Assembly: GCA_033764955.1 (NCBI GenBank)
Contig: JANRIL010000042.1
Span: forward strand, 1-64,000
DNA from: Cyanobacteriota bacterium
Lineage (GTDB): Bacteria > Cyanobacteriota > Cyanobacteriia > Thermostichales > Thermostichaceae
Length of the DNA stretch: 64,000 nucleotides
Direction: 5' to 3'
Position numbers and translations under genes: made by a program. The notes under the pieces are model-generated. The model saw only the letters and a program-made list of their open reading frames with translations. It made no database searches and had not been told where the DNA came from. The stretch's first letter is position 1, and every line of letters begins with the position of its first letter. Positions 39,692 to 49,426 of the stretch are shown here, one piece after another.

Positions 39692-40831
39692 TTATAGATC
39701 AATAGCCACATCCACCTGCAAATTGGTTAACCCCGCCGAGATTTGGCTGCTTTCGGGTTCTAGCATAATTTTGACCTCCACTACCCTGGCGTCGACATCG
39801 GCGGCGGGATCCGTATTAAGAACATCTTTTTTGTTGATCAAGAGGCCGATCTCTTGAACTGTTCCTCGCAATGCTTGATCAAAAGCATTGCTGGTAATCA
39901 CGGCTTGCTGGCCTAGCTTTATTTTGTTGACATCGGTTTCATAAACTTCGGCAACCACGACCATCTGTTGAGTGTTGCCCATCTGGAGAATGGATCCCGA
40001 ATTGTCAATAGCTTCCCCTGGGTATTTGAGGATTCGCAGGATTTGTCCATCACGGGGGGCACGGATGACCGTTCGCTCAAGCCGAGTAGTGGCAAGTTCT
40101 AAATTGCGGCTGAGGGAAAGGATTTGAATTTGGTTTTGGGTACGCACCAGATTGGCCTGGGCGGACTGCATTTGGGCTTGCCAATTTTCTAGGTCGCCTG
40201 CTCGACTGGTTTGCAGTTGGTTAAGGGTGGCTTGGGCACTGCTCAATTCCTCTTCTTTTTGCCGAACTTGTAGGCGGCGGCTGTCTAGCTCTTGTTGAGA
40301 AATGACGCCATCGGCAAACAGTGCTTGGAAGCGTTGCTGATTATTTTGGGCATCGGCCAGCTCAGCTTCTAGTTGGCGAATGCGGGCTTTTTGGGCTTCT
40401 ACTTGCAGAGATTGGGGTTGATCAATTTGCTGCAAGCGACTTCTGGCCTCAGCAATCTGAGCCTGAGCATAGCGGGTTTCTGCCTCAAGGCGGGCTTGCG
40501 CCTCCGACAACTGGCTGGCAGCATAGTCGCGTTCCGCTAATCGTTCCTCATAACTCTCTAAGCGGGCTAGTTCTGCCCCGGTTTTCACCACCTGTCCCTC
40601 CTCGACTAGCAACTCCGCTATTCGCTCTCCGGTGGGGCCACCGATCTCAATCACTTGCCCTTGTGGTTCTAGCCGTCCCAATGCTCCCACCACACTAGGG
40701 GGCGGAGCAGGCGGAGGAGATGCCTGCGTTTCCTGGGCTTGCGTGGCTCCGTAGCGAGTCCAGCCATAGAGACCTAGGCTGCCACTGACTAAAAGGCCAG
40801 CCACAATTAACGCCATACCACGGTAGTTCAT
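39692..40831 (-). CDS. devB: DevB-family membrane fusion protein
   Basis: ALGRLEPQG, coiled coil, AEVYETD, DARVVEVKI, LTNLQV. Confidence 0.92.
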   Translation of the reverse strand: MNYRGMALIVAGLLVSGSLGLYGWTRYGATQAQETQASPPPAPPPSVVGALGRLEPQGQVIEIGGPTGERIAELLVEEGQVVKTGAELARLESYEERLAERDYAASQLSEAQARLEAETRYAQAQIAEARSRLQQIDQPQSLQVEAQKARIRQLEAELADAQNNQQRFQALFADGVISQQELDSRRLQVRQKEEELSSAQATLNQLQTSRAGDLENWQAQMQSAQANLVRTQNQIQILSLSRNLELATTRLERTVIRAPRDGQILRILKYPGEAIDNSGSILQMGNTQQMVVVAEVYETDVNKIKLGQQAVITSNAFDQALRGTVQEIGLLINKKDVLNTDPAADVDARVVEVKIMLEPESSQISAGLTNLQVDVAIDL

Positions 40832-41025
40832 AGAGGGTGACTCACCAGGAAGAATGCCGATCCTTAAATATTTGTAAAATCTCTAGGGGGCTTTGTCTAT
40901 AGCCAAAACCACCCATTTCTTGGGGAGAGCCTTTAGGCAGACTATTCCCTAGCCCAGGGATCCCTCCTTCATGCAAACTCAACCACCCTTCGGCAAGCAG
41001 TTGCAGCAAAGTTTAACAAAAATAA

Positions 41026-41043
41026 TTTACAAAACTTGACAAA
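41026..41043 (+). promoter_or_regulatory. HLR1-like (RpaB) direct repeat upstream of hli
   Basis: TTTACAAA-AC-TTGACAAA against the consensus (G/T)TTACA(T/A)(T/A)-N2-(G/T)TTACA(T/A)(T/A): one mismatch. Confidence 0.6.
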
Positions 41044-41097
41044 TCTTGGAGGAGGAGGCAAATTAGAAGCTATAGAGCATTTCACGGAGCACTTCTC

Positions 41098-41244
41098 ATG
41101 GCTGACACTCAAGAATCTAAATTTGGCTTCACTGGCTTTGCCGAAAAGTGGAACGGTCGCTTGGCAATGTTGGGGTTTGTGATCGGTATTGCAACTGAGT
41201 TGTTGACCGGTCAGGGCATTTTGTCTCAAGTTGGCTTGATGTAA
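41098..41244 (+). CDS. High-light-inducible protein (Hli/Scp, single-helix CAB-like)
   Basis: Translated by hand: MADTQESKFGFTGFAEKWNGRLAMLGFVIGIATELLTGQGILSQVGLM* (ExxNGRxAMxG). Not in the ORF track. Confidence 0.95.
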   Translation: MADTQESKFGFTGFAEKWNGRLAMLGFVIGIATELLTGQGILSQVGLM

Positions 41245-41356
41245 TCGCCACTGCACTTGCGGATCCCGTCAAACACTCAGCAAGTAGGCAGTCGGTAACT
41301 AGACCCCTTCTCAGCTAGCCCTTTACTTTTCTTGATAGTGATTCACTAACCCTCTG

Positions 41357-41382
41357 ACCCGGTTCTTCGTGAACCGGGTTTT
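41357..41382 (+). terminator. Rho-independent terminator downstream of hli
   Basis: ACCCGGTTC-ttcgt-GAACCGGGT followed by TTT. Confidence 0.55.
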
Positions 41383-41568
41383 CACTGTTGGAGGGCTAGA
41401 TCCATAGAGTCATGCACTTAGCTTATCAGCTTATGCCAAACTGTTTGGATAAAGACTATTGACAAAGGAACAATTTCTGTCTAGGTTAGGGCTATACGGT
41501 TTCAGTTCAAACTATTTGCATTGATAGCTGGAGCGGGAAACTGGCTTTTACTGACAGGAAAGGTCATC

Positions 41569-42357
41569 ATGGCGGTTGCGTTACCCAGTCTGTTTATTTC
41601 CCATGGATCCCCAGAATTACCCCTGCAATCGGGGCCTGTGGTTGATTTTTTGCGGGGTTTATCCTCCCACTTCCGGCCTCCTCAGGCAATTTTGGCGGTT
41701 TCGGCTCACTGGGAAACCGAGCATCCTGCTCTGACTACTCACCCCTACCCTGCCACCATTCACGATTTTTGGGGTTTTCCCAACCCACTTTATCAACTGC
41801 GCTATCCCGTTCAGGGCAGCCCCCACTTAGCGGGTCGAGTAGCGGATCTATTGAAAGAGGCTGGCTTGATACCCAGCAGCGATCCGGAACGAGGGTTGGA
41901 TCATGGAGTGTGGACTCCTTTGCTCTTGGCGTATCCCGAAGCGAATATTCCTGTGGTACAGCTATCCATTCAGCCTCATTTATCGCCTGAGTATCACTGG
42001 CGGATGGGCAAAGCCCTGGCTGCTTTGCGGCAGGAGGAGGTGTTAATTCTTGCCAGTGGCTCGGCAACCCACAATCTGCGAGCGTTTGGTCGTTATCGTT
42101 GGGAAAGTAGTGAACCCCCCCTTTGGGTCAGTCAATTTGCCGACTGGTTAAGCCAAACCGTCAGGGAGGGCAATCTAGAGGACTTATTTGACTATCGAGA
42201 GCGAGCGCCCTATGCCTCCGAAAATCATCCTACCGACGAGCATCTCCTCCCGCTGTTTGTTGCCCTGGGATCCGGTGGGGATCCCTTTCGCGGCCAGCAG
42301 ATCCACGATAGCTATACCTACGGGGTGTTCAGCATGGCGGCCTATCAGTTTGGTTGA
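41569..42357 (+). CDS. DODA/YgiD-type class III extradiol ring-cleavage dioxygenase
   Basis: FISHGSP, SAHW, HDFWGF, RGLDHGVW, SGSATHNL, HPTDEHLLPL. Confidence 0.92.
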   Translation: MAVALPSLFISHGSPELPLQSGPVVDFLRGLSSHFRPPQAILAVSAHWETEHPALTTHPYPATIHDFWGFPNPLYQLRYPVQGSPHLAGRVADLLKEAGLIPSSDPERGLDHGVWTPLLLAYPEANIPVVQLSIQPHLSPEYHWRMGKALAALRQEEVLILASGSATHNLRAFGRYRWESSEPPLWVSQFADWLSQTVREGNLEDLFDYRERAPYASENHPTDEHLLPLFVALGSGGDPFRGQQIHDSYTYGVFSMAAYQFG

Positions 42358-42467
42358 GGGAAGTGGTGTTAGCTGAGGGGGCTATCAGGGAGAACTTAGG
42401 CAATCTGGGCGTTAGATTTTGGAGATGTGCAGTATAAAAGAGAAGAAATTCTCTGGCTTGCTTAGGT

Positions 42468-44975
42468 ATGAGGGTTGCTCTCAAGCCACAGGTTTGGCTG
42501 CCCCTGGGCTTATTGCTTATCACAGGGATCCTTTATGCCCGCACCCAAACATTTGACTTTGAGCAGCATGATCAATTTGTGGGTCATTTGCATCGCTTGC
42601 GGGAGTTAGATGCCAGGTTTGCTCAAGAAGAATTAGCTTGGCGTTATGGACAACCCAGTGATGAACTATCTCTAACCGATGTCCTCCAGGAAATGCAGCA
42701 GATACGGGAGAAGATTGTGGATATTCCTCGCTATATCAGTAGACGAGGCAAGCTAGATTTATCAGGCTTATTAGAGGAATATAAGCTTACCTTAGAAGCA
42801 AAACAAACCTTAAGTGAAGACCTGCAAAATAGGATTAGGGATCAGCAAAGGCAGCTAGTAAGATTTGTGGATTTAGTGGAACAAATTACCACTCGTCAGC
42901 CGGATCTGCGTAACCCCCTCAACAACCTACACGCAAAATTATTAGTGATTGCTTATCAGCCGGGGGGTGAGCAGTTTATTCCTTTAGCTCAGTTAGAACT
43001 TTCCCAGATTCAATCCACTAGTATATCTCCAGACAAATCCCCATCTTCTCCGGCAATCCGCGACAAACAGGAGTTGGGATCCCTAGTCAACCAAATGATT
43101 GCCAATCAACCAATTATTGAGCAGCTCTCAACTGAGCTGATGGCTGTCCCCTCTCTGCAGGGAACTGAAGTTTTAATACAGGAATATATTACTTACTGCA
43201 CAGAAGCCCTCACCCTAGCGGCTATGTTGCGGATTGTTGTCTATTTAAATTCGCTGATCTTGGTGATCATGGTGGCAGCGGCTATTATTTGGTCGCTTCG
43301 CCAGTCAACCGCCGCCCTGCGAGAAGCTGAAGCTAAGTTTCGAGGTATCTTTGATCACTCTTTAGAAGGTATTTATCAATTAAATGAGCAGGGGATAATT
43401 GTCAACGCCAACTTATCTTTAGCCAAAATTTTGGGCTTTGGATCCCCTCAGGAGTTACTGGAAAACTTGGATCAAAAAGATCCAGAGATCTATGTGGATC
43501 CTGGACGGCGAGATGAGTTCTTTGCCAAGGTGGTGACAGAGGGATCCGTCAGTGATTTTGAATCTCAGATCTATCGACGGGATGGCAGTGTTATTTGGAT
43601 TTCCGAGCATAGTCGCGCCATCTTTGATCGGCAAAAACGCTTAGTGGGATATGAAGGGATGATCAGTGACATCACCGCCCGCAAACAAGCGGAAGAGTGT
43701 CTGAAACAGGAACGGGAAAAAACGGAGCGCCTCTTGCTCAATATTCTACCCGCTCCTATCATCGCCCAACTAAAGGAGAACACCAAGTTTGTTGCCGAGA
43801 AATTTGAGATTGCCACAATTCTTTTTGCTGATATTGCCCACTTTACAGACTATTCGGCTCAAATATCTCCCACTGAGCTGGTGGAAGAACTCAACCAGAT
43901 TTTTACGATTTTTGACCAGCTAGCTGAGTGGCACCATCTGGAAAAAATCAAAACGATTGGGGATGCCTATATGGTAGTGGGAGGGATCCCTGTCCAAAGC
44001 GACAATCATGCCATCGCCATCGCCGAAATGGCTCTGGATATGCAGCAGGCTATCCAACAATTTCCCCGTAAAGATGGACAACCTTTTCATTTGCGAATCG
44101 GCATTCATACGGGGACTGTTGTCGCAGGGGTGATCGGATCGAGCAAACTTTATTATGATCTCTGGGGCGATGCGGTTAATATGGCTAGCCGGATGGAATC
44201 TCATGGTGTTGTGGATGAAATCCAAATTTCGCAAGAAACCTATTATCTCTTGCAGGATCGCTATCTTTGTGAAGAAAGAGGATCAATTGTCGTGAAAGGG
44301 AAAGGGAAATTGCTAACCTACTTTTTGAAGGGCAGAAGATTTGTTCCTACTCACGATTTCTTTGATCGACAGACCCACCCCCGCATTCCTGTTGTTAGTC
44401 TGCAAGAGGCTGCTTCTCTGGAGCGTTGCGGTGTGCAGCGTCCCGGTTTTCCCCTCTCATTAGGGGTTCTGTTTGAAGAGCGTTGCTACTACTTTGATAC
44501 TATTTTATCTAAAGAGTTTTCGATTGCTCAATATCAAGCCTGGGAACGCACTGACCAACCCAAACAACTGGATGAAACACTCTTATTGGTAGAAAATCAG
44601 ATGGGCTATCGCCTTTACGTCAATTATCCTCATCTAAAGGTCTTTCCTTATCAAGCGGGTCTGGCTAGTCTGTGTTCTCAAATGTATGGTTCATCCGATG
44701 TTGAAATCATGGATCGACGGTGGGGATTGCGAGTATTTCAGCGGTGCTTTGTGGGGTGCGAGGCGGTCACCTGGCTAGCCAATAATCTGCAACGGTCTCG
44801 TCAGGAAGCTGTGGAGATTGGTCAAGATTGCCTGGAAGCCCAACTGTTTGCCCATGTTTTAGGAGAACAAGATTTTGCTGATGATCATTACTTCTATCGG
44901 TTTCGCCAAGATGGGATCCCTCAACATCGGGTGATAGCGGGCAAACGACTGCTGCCAACCAACGAAAAAGCCTGA
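42468..44975 (+). CDS. Membrane class III adenylate cyclase: TM - helical (DAHL-like) sensor - TM - PAS - cyclase - DEP
   Basis: LFADI, EKIKTIGDAYM, RIGIHTG, YDLWGDAVNMASRMES; PAS motif RRDGSVIWISE; C-terminal FVGCEAVTWL...EAVEIGQ...HVLGEQDF.DD..FYRF. Confidence 0.88.
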   Translation: MRVALKPQVWLPLGLLLITGILYARTQTFDFEQHDQFVGHLHRLRELDARFAQEELAWRYGQPSDELSLTDVLQEMQQIREKIVDIPRYISRRGKLDLSGLLEEYKLTLEAKQTLSEDLQNRIRDQQRQLVRFVDLVEQITTRQPDLRNPLNNLHAKLLVIAYQPGGEQFIPLAQLELSQIQSTSISPDKSPSSPAIRDKQELGSLVNQMIANQPIIEQLSTELMAVPSLQGTEVLIQEYITYCTEALTLAAMLRIVVYLNSLILVIMVAAAIIWSLRQSTAALREAEAKFRGIFDHSLEGIYQLNEQGIIVNANLSLAKILGFGSPQELLENLDQKDPEIYVDPGRRDEFFAKVVTEGSVSDFESQIYRRDGSVIWISEHSRAIFDRQKRLVGYEGMISDITARKQAEECLKQEREKTERLLLNILPAPIIAQLKENTKFVAEKFEIATILFADIAHFTDYSAQISPTELVEELNQIFTIFDQLAEWHHLEKIKTIGDAYMVVGGIPVQSDNHAIAIAEMALDMQQAIQQFPRKDGQPFHLRIGIHTGTVVAGVIGSSKLYYDLWGDAVNMASRMESHGVVDEIQISQETYYLLQDRYLCEERGSIVVKGKGKLLTYFLKGRRFVPTHDFFDRQTHPRIPVVSLQEAASLERCGVQRPGFPLSLGVLFEERCYYFDTILSKEFSIAQYQAWERTDQPKQLDETLLLVENQMGYRLYVNYPHLKVFPYQAGLASLCSQMYGSSDVEIMDRRWGLRVFQRCFVGCEAVTWLANNLQRSRQEAVEIGQDCLEAQLFAHVLGEQDFADDHYFYRFRQDGIPQHRVIAGKRLLPTNEKA

Positions 44976-45103
44976 TGGATACCCAGGCAAGCCTCGGTAA
45001 CCAGTTACTCATTAGGGACCCTCAACCCCCTTAGATGTTCAGCCTTCCCTTCATCCCTTAAATCTTGGGGCTAAGATAGATAAGCTGCGCTCAACATCCT
45101 TTT

Positions 45104-46477
45104 GTGTCTCTACCGCTTGTTGCCATCGTGGGGCGTCCTAATGTCGGCAAATCAACTTTGGTGAATCGTTTGGTGGGGGAGCGGGTAGCGATCGTCCATG
45201 ATGAACCGGGGGTGACCCGTGATCGCCTTTATCGAGCGGTGGAGTGGAATGGTCAGCGCTTTCGGGTGGTGGATACAGGCGGCTTAATTTTTAATGACGA
45301 CAGCGAGTTTTTGCCGCTAATTCGTCAGCAAGCCATGACGGCGATGGCAGAAGCTCAGGCTGTGATTTTTGTGGTGGATGGATTGATGGGTCCAACTGCC
45401 GCCGATCAAGAAATTGCCTCCTGGCTGCGCAAGCAAAACCTACCGGTTGTGGTTGCCGTCAACAAATGTGAATCTAGCCAAATCGGACTCTCCCAAGCGG
45501 CTCTTTTTTGGGACTTGGGTTTGGGGGATCCCCTGCCCTGCTCCGGCATTCACGGTAATGGGGTGGCCGAAGTGCTGGAACAAGTCCTCCCCCATTTGCC
45601 AACCGGATCCGACAACGAAGAGGCGGCTGAAACGGCAGTTGCCATTGTGGGGCGTCCCAATGTTGGCAAGTCTAGCCTGCTCAATCGCTTGCTGGGGGGA
45701 GAACGAGCCATCGTCAGTCCTATTGCCGGAACCACCCGTGACGCCCTCGATAGCTGGATTACCTGGCAAAATCAACGCTACCGATTGATTGATACGGCGG
45801 GTATTCGCAAAAAAAGCCGTATTGACTATGGTGTGGAATTTTTCAGCATCAATCGAGCCTTCAAAGCAATTGAACGCGCCGATGTTGTCTTACTGGTTAT
45901 CGATGCTTTAGAAGGGGTGAGTGAACAGGATCAAAAGCTAGCCCACCGCATCGAAGCAGAAGGGCGCGCCTGTGTGATCATTATCAACAAATGGGATGCC
46001 GTTGAGAAAGACAGCTATACCATCTACGACTTCACCAAACACGTGCGGGAACGACTCTATTTCCTGGATTGGGCACCCATTCTATTTACCAGTGCCATGA
46101 CCGGACAACGGGTTCCCCAAATTTGGCAACACATTAATGTGGCCGTTGAGAGCTATCGGCAGCGCATTTCCACATCAGTGGTTAACGAAGTATTGCGGGA
46201 TGCTCTGGCTTGGTATACTCCACCAACCAATCGTCAGGGCAAGCAGGGGCGGATTTATTATGGCACGCAGGTGTCCAGCCAACCGCCGACATTTTTGATG
46301 TTTGTCAACGATCCTGACCTACTCAAAGAAAACTATCGACGCTTTTTGGAAAAACATTTCCGCACCAACCTCAACTTTATCGGCACTCCCATTCGCTTCC
46401 GGTGGCGGGGAAAATCAGAACGGGATCTTGCCCGCTCCGTTCGCAAAGTTCAACCGGAACCCGCTCTGCACGAGTAA
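45104..46477 (+). CDS. der: Ribosome biogenesis GTPase Der
   Basis: Two GRPNVGKS P-loops, GVTRD/GTTRD, DTGG/DTAG, NKWD, C-terminal KH-like domain. Confidence 0.97.
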   Translation: MSLPLVAIVGRPNVGKSTLVNRLVGERVAIVHDEPGVTRDRLYRAVEWNGQRFRVVDTGGLIFNDDSEFLPLIRQQAMTAMAEAQAVIFVVDGLMGPTAADQEIASWLRKQNLPVVVAVNKCESSQIGLSQAALFWDLGLGDPLPCSGIHGNGVAEVLEQVLPHLPTGSDNEEAAETAVAIVGRPNVGKSSLLNRLLGGERAIVSPIAGTTRDALDSWITWQNQRYRLIDTAGIRKKSRIDYGVEFFSINRAFKAIERADVVLLVIDALEGVSEQDQKLAHRIEAEGRACVIIINKWDAVEKDSYTIYDFTKHVRERLYFLDWAPILFTSAMTGQRVPQIWQHINVAVESYRQRISTSVVNEVLRDALAWYTPPTNRQGKQGRIYYGTQVSSQPPTFLMFVNDPDLLKENYRRFLEKHFRTNLNFIGTPIRFRWRGKSERDLARSVRKVQPEPALHE

Positions 46478-46540
46478 ACTACTGGCCGACATGTGAGCCA
46501 ATCCCAGCTAGCCAAGCCCATCAGTCAAGCGCAACCGTTG

Positions 46541-46600
46541 GTCAGAAGCGGGATCCCTATCGCAGGGGTGAGGACGCTACCCAGGGATCCCGCTTCTGAC
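46541..46600. repeat. Perfect 18-bp inverted repeat between der and ppx
   Basis: GTCAGAAGCGGGATCCCT (46541-46558) and AGGGATCCCGCTTCTGAC (46583-46600). Confidence 0.85.
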
Positions 46601-46642
46601 TATCCTTAGGGGTAGAGTGTTAGCCTGCTGAGATTTCCCTCC

Positions 46643-48301
46643 ATGACTTCTAACTTGCCCCCTGCCGTGACCCTCTCCACCCCTGCCTCTCCTTCCTCCA
46701 CGTTCCAGGGATCCCTAGAGCGGATTGTGGCAGCCATTGATGTCGGGACGAACTCTCTCCACATGGTTTTGGTGAAAATCAATCCACGGTTTCCCAGTTT
46801 TACGATTATCTCCCGCCAAAAAGAAACGGTGCGCCTGGGGGAATATGCTGATGCCCAAAGCAATCTGAGCGAGAAGGCTATGCAGCGAGCCTATCAAGCT
46901 TTGGAACGATTTGTTGAAGTAGCGGGTAGTTTCGAGGCGGAGTCGATTGTGGCAGTAGCCACCAGTGCCGTGCGGGAGGCTCCCAATGGCATGGCCTTTT
47001 TGCAGGAGGTGAAAAGACGGATTGGCTTGACCATTGACCTGATTTCGGGACAAGAGGAAGCGCGGCGTATTTATCTGGGCGTGCTGTCGGCCATGGAGTT
47101 TAACCAGCAAGCTCATGTCATGGTGGATATTGGTGGTGGTTCTACAGAGCTGATCCTAGGGGATGGACATGAACCGGAGTTCTTGCGCAGCATCAAGGTG
47201 GGAGCCGTCCGCCTCACCCAGATGTTTCTCCACAACGATCCCCCGACTCCCAGCCAATACCGCCAATTACAAGACTATGTCCGTGGCATGGTGGAACCGC
47301 CTATCGAGCAGATTAAAGCCAGCCTGGGATCCCGCCCCGTTCTGCTGGTAGGAACCTCTGGCACGGCGGAAACCCTCGCCACCCTAGACGCCCGCCGCAA
47401 CGGATCCCAACCCATCCGTATGCATGGTTATCAACTTAACTTCAAATCCCTCAGCCAGTTGTTGGATGAATGGAAAGTAATGCCGCTTAGCCAACGGATA
47501 CAACTTCCCGGTATTGTCGAGCGACGGGCGGAAATCCTGCTGGCCGGGGCAGTGATTATGCACGAAATTATGGCTCTCCTAGAAGCCAAGCAAGTGACGT
47601 TTTGTGAGCGAGCGTTGCGGGAGGGGTTGATTGTCGATTGGATGTTGACGCAGGGCTTAATTGAAGATCGGCTACGCTTTCAAAGTTCTGTGCGTCGTCG
47701 CCATGTTTTGAAGTTAGCCAACAAATATCAGGTGGAGCTGGATTATGCCGAACAGGTGGCTAGTTTTGCCCTCAGCCTGTTTGACCAAATGCAGGGGTTT
47801 CTCCACCAATGGCAGGCTCCTGAGCGAGAATGTCTCTGGGTGGCGGCCATGCTACATAATTGTGGGCATTTTGTCAGTCATAGTGCCCACCACAAGCATT
47901 CTTACTATTTGATTCGCTATGGAGAATTGTTGGGGTTTAACGAAGAAGAAGTAGAGGTAATTGCCAACATGGCTCGCTATCACCGCAAATCCCCTCCCAA
48001 AAAACGACATGATACATTTCAACGGTTGACTAGCGAACGGGATCAACAGATCGTGCTGGAGCTGAGTGCTTTGCTCAGGCTGGCCACCGCCCTCGATCGC
48101 CGCCGTCATCATGCCATTCAACAAATCCACTGCACCTACGATATGGCGGATCCCCAACAACGAGTGCTTTGGCTCGATCTGCAACCTGCCCAAGCGGAGG
48201 ATGACTGCGCCTTAGAGCTTTGGAGCCTCAACAATAAAAAAGAGGTGTTTGAACAACAGTTTGATATTCAAGTGAAACCTCGCCTGCACTATGTCATTTA
48301 A
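46643..48301 (+). CDS. ppx: Exopolyphosphatase Ppx/GppA family
   Basis: AAIDVGTNS, ATSAVREA, DIGGGSTE, ALREG, C-terminal HD-like domain (HHKHSYYLI). Confidence 0.95.
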   Translation: MTSNLPPAVTLSTPASPSSTFQGSLERIVAAIDVGTNSLHMVLVKINPRFPSFTIISRQKETVRLGEYADAQSNLSEKAMQRAYQALERFVEVAGSFEAESIVAVATSAVREAPNGMAFLQEVKRRIGLTIDLISGQEEARRIYLGVLSAMEFNQQAHVMVDIGGGSTELILGDGHEPEFLRSIKVGAVRLTQMFLHNDPPTPSQYRQLQDYVRGMVEPPIEQIKASLGSRPVLLVGTSGTAETLATLDARRNGSQPIRMHGYQLNFKSLSQLLDEWKVMPLSQRIQLPGIVERRAEILLAGAVIMHEIMALLEAKQVTFCERALREGLIVDWMLTQGLIEDRLRFQSSVRRRHVLKLANKYQVELDYAEQVASFALSLFDQMQGFLHQWQAPERECLWVAAMLHNCGHFVSHSAHHKHSYYLIRYGELLGFNEEEVEVIANMARYHRKSPPKKRHDTFQRLTSERDQQIVLELSALLRLATALDRRRHHAIQQIHCTYDMADPQQRVLWLDLQPAQAEDDCALELWSLNNKKEVFEQQFDIQVKPRLHYVI

Positions 48302-48383
48302 TGATTGAAGAAAACTAATGATTGAAGAAAACGAAAAGAACCCAAACTTCCAAATTGGACAACTGGAAGCCCTACATCCCTCA

Positions 48384-48701
48384 TCAAATCAGCCATTCTG
48401 AAGCTCGTTCTCCCAGATGAGCTAGATCAATTGGGATAGAAACCGCTTTGCCCAAGCGGGGGCTTTGGCGAGTGGACAAGATCTCCTGCTGCACGGACTC
48501 CCAAGCTCCCCAGGCTTGGAGACAAGACAGCACAGAGCCTAGCCGCTCTAAATATTCGGCTTCGGAGACTGGAAATGAGGATTGCTCTAGATATTTCCAC
48601 ATCACCAGCAGGCTGATCCGCTCCCCCACTCGCCGTAGCTGCACATCATAGGACTTCCCCCATTTATCGATGAGCAGTTGCCGCAAGTCATGTCCCTGCA
48701 T
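48384..48701 (-). CDS. DUF3067 family protein
   Basis: KWGKSYDVQL, MWKYLEQSSFP, PRLGKAVSIP. Confidence 0.85.
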   Translation of the reverse strand: MQGHDLRQLLIDKWGKSYDVQLRRVGERISLLVMWKYLEQSSFPVSEAEYLERLGSVLSCLQAWGAWESVQQEILSTRQSPRLGKAVSIPIDLAHLGERASEWLI

Positions 48702-48820
48702 AAGTGACCAACCCTAATTTACATTTCTTAATACAGATGCCGTCTGAAACTCAGCTACGATAAATGAGTTCGTCAAGATTTGTAATTGAAATCACTTTAT
48801 TTATCATCGCACATAGACCT

Positions 48821-49339
48821 ATGAGTGAAGCAGTTGGCAAGTTTGAAGCGCCCTCCATGAGTCGGCGGATGATGATGAGTACGATGTTGGGGGGATCCCT
48901 TGGTGTGGTGGCTCTGGGTGCTCTTTATCCAGTGGTCAGCTATTTTATTCCTCCCTCTTCTGGGAGCGGAGCGAAGGGATTAATTGCTCAGGATGCATTG
49001 GGTAAGCCAATCAGTGTCAGTGAATTGCTGGCTAGTCATGGCAGCACCGATCGAGTATTGGCTCAGGGGCTAAAAGGGGATCCCACCTATATTGTGATTA
49101 ACGAGGGGGCGGTAGCCAACTACGGTCTCAACGCCGTTTGCACCCATTTGGGTTGTGTGGTGCCCTGGAACGCCGGAGAAAATCTATTTAAGTGTCCCTG
49201 TCATGGATCCCAGTATGCGGCTAATGGGAAAGTGGTGCGTGGTCCTGCTCCCAAATCGTTAGAGCTGGTCACCGCCAGTCTAGAAGAGGATAATGTGCGC
49301 TTCACGGTTTGGGAAGGGAGTGATTTCCGTAACGCCTAA
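48821..49339 (+). CDS. petC: Cytochrome b6f Rieske iron-sulfur subunit
   Basis: CTHLGCVVPW, CPCHGSQY, GPAPKSL; N-terminal RR plus TM. Confidence 0.97.
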   Translation: MSEAVGKFEAPSMSRRMMMSTMLGGSLGVVALGALYPVVSYFIPPSSGSGAKGLIAQDALGKPISVSELLASHGSTDRVLAQGLKGDPTYIVINEGAVANYGLNAVCTHLGCVVPWNAGENLFKCPCHGSQYAANGKVVRGPAPKSLELVTASLEEDNVRFTVWEGSDFRNA

Positions 49340-49426
49340 TTGACGACCTCCATCCTGGCACGGCCATGATCTCTAATTTTGTCTGAGATGATTTTCGCTA
49401 CTCTTTGCAAGCCTTTCCAAGAACCT

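Noticed and set aside
40969..41256. 95-aa minus-strand ORF
   Set aside because: Antisense shadow of hli
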